Shown here piece by piece: positions 30,901 through 33,602 of a DNA stretch of 33,602 nt. This stretch comes from a virus. Its lineage: Duplodnaviria > Caudoviricetes. A program made the translations under genes and the position numbers. Each line of letters opens with the position of its first letter. Positions within the stretch are counted from its first letter, which is position 1. The notes below the pieces were generated by a model. The model did no database searches. It saw nothing but the letters and a program-made list of their open reading frames with translations, and was not told where the DNA came from. The stretch lies in the IMG/VR virus record IMGVR_UViG_3300029930_000005, positions 1-33,602 of that record, one strand, 5' to 3'.

Positions 30901-31278
30901 TATTCCACTAAATCCACGTACACAACCAGTAAATGTGTTTGTTGTAATACCGGTGTAAGTAATGATTTCATCATCAATTTTCAGTAATCCATATTCAGAT
31001 GGAAATCCCTTAGTTGATGTGACAGTTATAACACTAACTGAAGAGTCAATATTATTAGTAAGATATGTAGATCCAGTGATGACTTCTGGAACTAAGTTGT
31101 CAAGCTTTAAATATTGATCTAAATTTTCTGCAATATCCGCGTTTCCACCTTGAAACTCTTGAGAAATATAATATTGTTTGAAAAACTCAGTTGCTTTTGG
31201 AAAATCTGAGACTATAAATTCTGGAAGTTGACTCTCAATAATCTTATTAACTTGCACTCTCTTCTCAAAATCCGACAT
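18982..31278 (-). CDS. gp7: Giant baseplate wedge initiator (gp7-like) with many inserted repeat domains
   Basis: 4098 aa between gp6 and gp8. Carries IIESQLPEFI, FYQSKGVEESVKVLFKVLYGE (aa ~205) and QDNDYYQNLSYSIKS...LHPSG (aa ~2400-2433), which are gp7-type motifs. Confidence 0.88.
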   Translation of the reverse strand: MSDFEKRVQVNKIIESQLPEFIVSDFPKATEFFKQYYISQEFQGGNADIAENLDQYLKLDNLVPEVITGSTYLTNNIDSSVSVITVTSTKGFPSEYGLLKIDDEIITYTGITTNTFTGCVRGFSGITGYNVGISSFVDTINKQTLVFSETVAATHIQGSKVTNLSVLFLQEFYKKLKYTFTPGFEDVDFVADLDVGNFIKNARGFYQSKGVEESVKVLFKVLYGEDALVLDLEKYLIKPSSAKFNRKKVVVSELISGKDPSNLVGQTIFKSTDLFTNAPVSEVEIFTRNSKTYYKLSLFVGYDDRDLVQGTFTIPGKTKVLETVSIGSSIISVDSTIGFGQTGTLISGSNTINYTSKSINQFFGCSGVNSQITLADDIRSDEVVFGYENGDLSKKVELRITGVLSEFINQSDVALSEEGEFITVKNVGESINNPQENASYKEIFANSWIYNTSSRYQISSISGSTFSFLDTIDKSSLRVGDTVDILLRDTNTVVLSNAVVATVNSAQNQVNLNNLSTFAPNPTLEYDLRRKLKKSTSLGVNLLEGNGSYISDVLNVYVDGDEYGYVASNSLPSYTITSNIIEHSIPNGLAPNITGYNTTTNLYSIISFSDTISFIDGDFVVYTASNKNKPLPGLISGETYFIRLISSNQISLYSSKSSLLGSNPVEFDRQTDSGTHTFTLKKHASRLLSPNKILRKFPLSQNIFTKKIKARESGPIGIMVNGVQILSPESDDRIYYGPLESFEVLNGGKDYDIINPPKIQISTGAGITALVDPIITGSVKRVFVDPQDFDVDNIVSVSLIGGNGTGCVLEPVIGERFRELEFDTRDIFFGGGLDITEETITFNSPHNLRDGETIIYNQNGNTPLGIGTFKDSSNSLVSSLVSGGSYVSKFINTSTVRLFNNYSDYLAGINTIGFSTSGNTGGIHKFRTLSKKNLRDITVINGGSGYSYRKLTVKPSGISTHFDTINFINHGFEDGEIVGYSTTGTAISGLSTSNQYYILKVDNNTFRLANAGIGGTSQTNYIKRKYESLQTTGTGYHIFKYPDIQVNINVSYGSTFTGNFILTPVVTGEMVGGYLYESGTGYGSNVLNLQKKPTVTVKNGKEAQLNPIVVGGKIVQVQILNSGYDYYSSPTLEVEGDGSGAIIRPIIENNKITGTIVINPGIGYTNTNTNVRVRPSGSGAIFNARVRSLTLNDVSRFNESLLLDKNNTLSYGILGYNEDISNSIYSNDRVGHSAIVGWAYDGNPIYGPYGYENPSDNQSRVKLLTPGYSLKPSLVVDRPTAFSSGFFIEDYQYDASGDLDINNGRFCKTPEFPNGVYAYFVGVTTSSITGRLEPKYPYFIGDYYRSEFIDDNLKLDHSFDFNNSNLSRNTLPYKSGDSYGGNDFIIESNEIINQRTIIESISKGSISSINILDGGSGYKVGDSVVFDNTDTNGTGLKAEVSELKGKDISKIETFLQRYDNVVFTWNSNESVSGHIGTFFNFNDQDSVLISGLSTNIAGLTGSFKVGISTGSIGLAKSITQNLVSTGRIEDIYVSRIPNSVSVGSSLLINNEYLRVLNIFPLGSILRVKRFGVGAAHSFGSTINIMSNTIDVPLKTPIFDSQKNEKIYFNGHQSVGVGTTTGAGISTTYVIGETSKAITIPTRSIYLPNHSFKTGQQVTVSRSSIAGVDAFIVGNDNTGSGTFYVPDLLTNTSTAYIINKSKDYIGLTTQVGLTTNSEGLYFYSNGSNNSEYLIESNFNQVTGKVDRIVSVITTDERHSLQNNDSIKLTVKPNVVVGFGTTSPLTLTFNETDQKILVNPVGFSSAGINTATNTITINSHGYENGNKVYYSSSEIASGLSTGPYFIVKIDSNSFKFAETYYDTQLSSPNEVNIIGVGGSQHSISLINPQINVTKNSKLTFNLSSSSLSGYNLKIFYDKEFKNEFNSTSDVSNFNVTGVGTVGLGTLGSSSLSINYSDSLPPKLFYTLEKSGYISTADTDVVNYSEINFIDSGYNGSHNVFGISTTTFRISPTYVPEVLVYTKNQCETLEYSTSSPAITGEINKVRILSKGLNYKKNPKFVNVISTDGLNANLVAISTSVGRIKDVRIIDMGYEYSSDKTLRPEAFVPPVVKIDDCDTIEYVGIISGGKNYITAPNLILYNPVSKQVVDDSSFVAEVPVSTISKVNILGPTYGLKSVEHRLVSVNNSNGVGIRSAFGSSSGVVTCILSTPPLVGFPTDLFQVGDSIFVEGIELSDLSSGSGYNSSDYEYRFFPVTLWENTNPAKLEFSLVNSEGVGLTTNPGIAKTFQSGYASIINSKNYPFFEIIQKRPLFKLGEQLYVYDGTSYIEEDLYVSKSREDYIKIVGKYELTANQKIRGKTSGIIATVTNVLSNKSKFKVDYSTDQQTGWIDDTGKLSEDYQVIQDNDYYQNLSYSIKSSITYDEFVSPVNSTLHPSGLKNFADVGITSSADSSVSYGATTSEVVVLDLVEDKRVDAINNFDLVLDYDTRQNKSKYLKLKNRKLTDYLKCLTNRVLIHDDVSDRFSNKGQQDTYTEIEEITDNYSKYLIQVIDPDSSNSELSELVVLSTTSDTLTLDKNNIYSNVKLGDFSADIDGFGRKTLLFNPVEKYDRDHDIKVLKNIFNTDLVGVGTVTFGSVKLSSSNIGVSSIGSVSIGSSIGTIISYNSSDFNSLVANIQIQNTITKKLNYADVVVDFDGNNAYYAESYFDGTASAFSAEKIGIITAEYDNVTGRISLKIQNDEDDSILVRSNIIGLANTSSGIGTYRFAVPGQPPGAERSARLQSNFTVGVSTLTAFSISLDNDTSVKSIVRVSYGQTSALHEVFLTQNKQNIFINQGAYISVGSTSGIGTFGGETNGSTIDVKFYPDSGISTSVKLQSYSEILYTFSDFDNSPPDLDYGTTTQSVFLSAYDGINGNRANKVDFDLKHIGTPIYVKTFNPSDSTQLNPSTGLFTIPNHFFNTAEELIYTPTSTFVGVGETSVGIGSTANYLGVVTDKLPGIVYPIVINQDQFRLSTRQEYANAGIYVTFTDYGLGNAHKLEMTKKLEKTVISLDGIVQQPITYTPITHTLSFNGGQISAGIQTFSLSGISTILTRDVLKIDNEYMSVVAVGFGSTPTGPITGIGTYNIVSVKRGSVGSISTTHLDGSTARVYRGSFNIVNSKVYFSEPPRGNTRQRRNETNLPYVRSTFGGRTFLRKNYSTNMLFDDISDQFTGIGKTYTLTVQGANTTGLTVGNGILFINGVFQTPSTLNNSGNNYELVSSAGISSVVFTGITSVDGSYVKSDFDINQNQLPRGGIIVSLGSTPGLGYAPLIGAKVKANVNGIGSITSITGISYTGAAQAITTASYNNTTGIIEITTTSNHNFVGGDRIKLVGLAFTCPSGSGIVSYFPSRGLDFSYDITGILSSRSFTANVGTSTLPHTYIGLGTVFPWYDLNYGSGYRGPVSIAVTDPQHVGSGATISAVVGAGGTLSFVVSYGGTGYVDPYIQIPDPVYENLPITGVSRLGIGETTESGRNLLLNINVSASSTTGIGSTYFQVSSFKVSRPGYAFRIGDKFKPVGLVTAAGLAAPLAEFELEVLDIFNDYFSAWQFGELDYIDSISLLQNGSRIRFPLYYNGELLSFEIDSSDALSSSVDLNAVLVIFVNGVLQIPGYAYNFEGGTSFEFTEAPSSTDKVDIFFYRGTNGVDVLQVEVDETIKKGDEVYVTKNPNFVQTLDQERSRTVFEIVESDILETDLYSGLGITETTYKPIEWTKQKVDKVIKGDPTYKVRDSIETLVFPSAKIIGDITSSSTQIFVDDAQFFNHEENKYAVTISNFDGLIVSGTDPVSAAFTATVSAAGTVSSITITNAGLGYSGNIPVKISRPKTIGVGVGTTATALAIISSGIVSSVQITDGGFGYEQTNPPQVIVEIPQPETELITNITNVQGFSGIITGITTSAGTGGHPLALKIFFAATKSNGITLEPDANDLQVGYPIAVFDTKVGNGVTSVNSGDTSIVGIGTTFLDNVYIVHSKSNVGPNAEILCNINSNTTTVIGINTSGSLLNPLGRISWGRLYNLQRSTTPISIGVTGLTVNSGLSSFPSIQRRGFGFRDNGSIRDKSLTNTVT

Positions 31279-31281
31279 ATT

Positions 31282-33210
31282 TTATTTCCTCTGTAGTTGT
31301 CCGTTAGAATAACTTGAAGTATAGTAGTCTCTGGTAAAAGTAACTCCGGAGATGTCCTCCCCAGAAGCAATAACATCCTTACGCATATTTATCTGACTCT
31401 TGGGAACGCTAAAACTCAAATACAAATCCTTTAGCCCCACAATGTCATTTGAATCTGGGAATGCCTGAATTTCAATAATATCATTATCCACAACGGTTGA
31501 GGTTACATTCAATGTAGAAAGAATCAACTCTCCGTTAGTGTAATCTACTGTTCCTACCGATTTCAAAACAACCTGATTAACTCCCTTTTCATTTTGTTTA
31601 AAAATACTTAGAACTCCTTTTCCACTACCATCTAATTGTTTGCCATCTTTTGTTTTGTTGGGGACATCCGTCAAATATACAATATCATCAGATCCAGAAA
31701 CTTTAAATCCTGTACTCTTAATATTATACCCTTCAAAATTAATATGAAAACGATTACCAAAACATAGTTCATATTGAACAAATGCATTTCTTATTACTTT
31801 TAAATCTCTACGAATTATAACTTTTGTTATATTGGATGTAATAGCATTATCAACTCGGTCAATCAATTGAACTATTTTGCTATACTTAAATCTTCCGCCA
31901 AATTTATTAATGTCAACATTCTTAGAGTATTCTGTTAATGAAGAAATAATTGAAGTTCTTAAGTTATCAATGCTAGAAACTTGAGATGTATTATAATAAA
32001 CATATGAGTCTATCTCAACATAGAGAACTTTAAGATCAATTATATCCTGAGTAATGCCGGCGATTGAATAACCCTTAAGTTTATTCAAAATATTTTGCTT
32101 ATCAAAATCACTGACAAAAGTTCCATTTTTAGGTTTAATGCTAATTTGAACTCTTCCAAATTGTGGTGGATTTAACTCTTCACCACCGACAACGGCAACA
32201 GATTCAGTCTCTGGATAAATCTGCTGAATGATTGCCTCATAGTCTCTTGCCGTAACTGCTCTGTACTGAGCGGAATAAAGTCTAGGGGCAAAATATTTTA
32301 TTGATGCAATCGGCTCAATATTTCCACCATTTGATGCCTTTTGAATTGTATTAATTGTAACTGAACCAGATGGGATTACTCTTACATCTGAGGCATCTGT
32401 GAGGTTTCCTTGGAAATCGAAAGCAGATGGTCCGTTCCCATTTTCACCATCGGTTACAATATATTTGGCGGTGATAACTGCACCATTTTCGAGTTCTTTT
32501 CCAAAATATCCATCTCCGAAGAGAAGTTCATAATGTTCATCTTGAACTTCTTGAACAAGATAAATCTCAGAATTTTTGTTAAGTTTTAAAATATTATCAA
32601 CTTTGAAATACTCTCTACCTAAACCACTATCTGCAGTGCCTTTAACATAAACAACAATTGTTTTTGTATCAATATTTTCATTTTCGAGAATAAATCTCTG
32701 ATCTTGAGACTTATCGACTGTCCACTGTTTTGTGAGTAAAGTTCCTTGATACACATAAACAGGTGATACTGACGATCCAAATCTGGCAACACCACCAGAA
32801 ACCGTTGTGGTGATATCTTCAGAGATTGAAAAGCGATAAGAACTATTATTTGTCGTTCCTAAGCACACCAGGCCCGCCTTTAAGGTCACATAAGGACTAG
32901 TTGTGGTAGTTGGTATGTCGAAGGTTATTGACGCCTTAGAAGCGGTTACAGAGCGTGGTACATACCCAATATTACGAGCAAGAGATACAACATTTTCTCT
33001 TAATGTGGCAGAATCCAAAAAGGATTCATTTACTACCATATTTGAGTTAAATGCCGTAATATAAGTGTTATACGCAAGAGTATCAATCAGAACTGAAAAG
33101 TTGGATCCCTCAAAATCAAAGTCCGTGAAGTTTGAATTTGCACGTAAATATGATTTGATCTGTTCTTTTATCTGATCGTAATCTAGATTCGTAAATTGTG
33201 TAAAAGGCAT
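31282..33210 (-). CDS. gp6: Baseplate wedge subunit
   Basis: FTDFDFEGSNFSVLIDTLAYNT, ESFLDSATLRENVVSLARNIGYVPRS, LFGDG and QYRAVTARDYE; 642 aa. Confidence 0.96.
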   Translation of the reverse strand: MPFTQFTNLDYDQIKEQIKSYLRANSNFTDFDFEGSNFSVLIDTLAYNTYITAFNSNMVVNESFLDSATLRENVVSLARNIGYVPRSVTASKASITFDIPTTTTSPYVTLKAGLVCLGTTNNSSYRFSISEDITTTVSGGVARFGSSVSPVYVYQGTLLTKQWTVDKSQDQRFILENENIDTKTIVVYVKGTADSGLGREYFKVDNILKLNKNSEIYLVQEVQDEHYELLFGDGYFGKELENGAVITAKYIVTDGENGNGPSAFDFQGNLTDASDVRVIPSGSVTINTIQKASNGGNIEPIASIKYFAPRLYSAQYRAVTARDYEAIIQQIYPETESVAVVGGEELNPPQFGRVQISIKPKNGTFVSDFDKQNILNKLKGYSIAGITQDIIDLKVLYVEIDSYVYYNTSQVSSIDNLRTSIISSLTEYSKNVDINKFGGRFKYSKIVQLIDRVDNAITSNITKVIIRRDLKVIRNAFVQYELCFGNRFHINFEGYNIKSTGFKVSGSDDIVYLTDVPNKTKDGKQLDGSGKGVLSIFKQNEKGVNQVVLKSVGTVDYTNGELILSTLNVTSTVVDNDIIEIQAFPDSNDIVGLKDLYLSFSVPKSQINMRKDVIASGEDISGVTFTRDYYTSSYSNGQLQRK

Positions 33211-33211
33211 T

Positions 33212-33602
33212 TTATCTTGTTGCCTCTAATAAGAATGTAAATTGTTGTGTTGGAAAATCTTGCCCAATAATATCAAAAATAATAGTTACCTCAAAATTAT
33301 TATCATCTGGTCTTGGTTCGACTTCAATTCGAACATTATTCACTCTTGGTTCAAAGTTACGAATGGTTGTCTTAATCTGATCTTCAATGACAGAAGCAGT
33401 TCCATAATCGACAAATTCAAAAAGACTTCTACGAACATCAGATCCGAGAAGAGAGTTAAAAAATCTTTCAGTAGGAATTGTTTCAACCAGGTTGCGAACA
33501 GATCTTGCAATTGCTCGTTCATTGACCAAGACAGGAAGATCCTTTGTCACAGGATGTGGTTCAAAAGATAAACTAATATCCTTGAATGCTCTGGATATTC
33601 TT
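33212..33602 (-). CDS. gp25: Baseplate wedge subunit / sheath initiator (5' end outside the window)
   Basis: The frame stays open upstream of the track's GTG start to the window edge (RISRAFKDISLSFEPHPVTKDL...). ERFFNSLLGS and IRNFEPRV are gp25 motifs; it precedes gp6. Confidence 0.93.
   Translation of the reverse strand, partial: RISRAFKDISLSFEPHPVTKDLPVLVNERAIARSVRNLVETIPTERFFNSLLGSDVRRSLFEFVDYGTASVIEDQIKTTIRNFEPRVNNVRIEVEPRPDDNNFEVTIIFDIIGQDFPTQQFTFLLEATR

Noticed and set aside
10054-31278. Inteins, introns, homing endonucleases or DGR-type target repeats as an explanation for the giant ORFs
   Set aside because: I noticed no intein splice motifs, LAGLIDADG/HNH/GIY-YIG signatures, frame interruptions or near-identical nucleotide repeats. 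The repeats are diverged and visible only at protein level. This was a scan by eye, not an exhaustive one.
11682-33522. Short alternative-frame minus-strand ORFs (11682-11870, 12885-13076, 15945-16133, 33340-33522)
   Set aside because: They are nested in the VrlC-like gene or gp25, with Leu/Gln-rich off-frame composition and no supporting signals noticed.
33548-33550. Track start (GTG) for gp25
   Set aside because: The frame remains open to the window edge with gp25-like sequence (RISRAFKDISLSF), so the real start is outside the window.
932-33571. Numerous 60-109 aa plus-strand ORFs in the track (e.g. 932-1195, 8551-8790, 15392-15718, 18995-19282, 33242-33571)
   Set aside because: All lie antisense within long, well-supported minus-strand genes and have no recognisable motifs. 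They are typical shadow ORFs produced by codon bias.
1-33602. tRNA, CRISPR array, ncRNA or intrinsic terminators
   Set aside because: Intergenic gaps are all under 50 nt once the 58-aa ORF is included, and no GC-rich hairpin with a U-tract or spaced direct repeats were seen.

Overview
This window is the late structural and packaging gene cluster of a T4-like cyanomyovirus (Kyanoviridae-like; AT-rich, roughly one-third GC by eye). All genes lie on the minus strand and are tightly packed. Order of transcription: gp25 (5' end cut off by the window), gp6, giant gp7 (4098 aa), gp8, VrlC/DUF4815-like protein (2441 aa), 70-aa ORF, a 58-aa NblA-like ORF missing from the supplied track, 75-aa fibre-like ORF, 567-aa fibre, 70-aa coiled coil, gp13, gp14, gp15, gp16, 576-aa basic mosaic protein, 102-aa ORF, 453-aa protein, gp17 (3' end cut off). 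T4-type late promoter motifs (TATAAATA) precede gp8 and the fibre/neck genes. The three most interesting observations are as follows. (1) A hidden small ORF resembling the phycobilisome-degradation adaptor NblA sits inside the structural operon. (2) The 576-aa protein between gp16 and gp17 reads like a polyprotein of cationic, Cys-paired mini-modules separated by prohead-protease-like [ILMV]-x-E sites. (3) gp7 has a nested-insertion architecture. Family assignments come from remembered motifs and synteny; no database searches were run. No tRNA, rRNA, CRISPR array, intron or mobile element was recognised.
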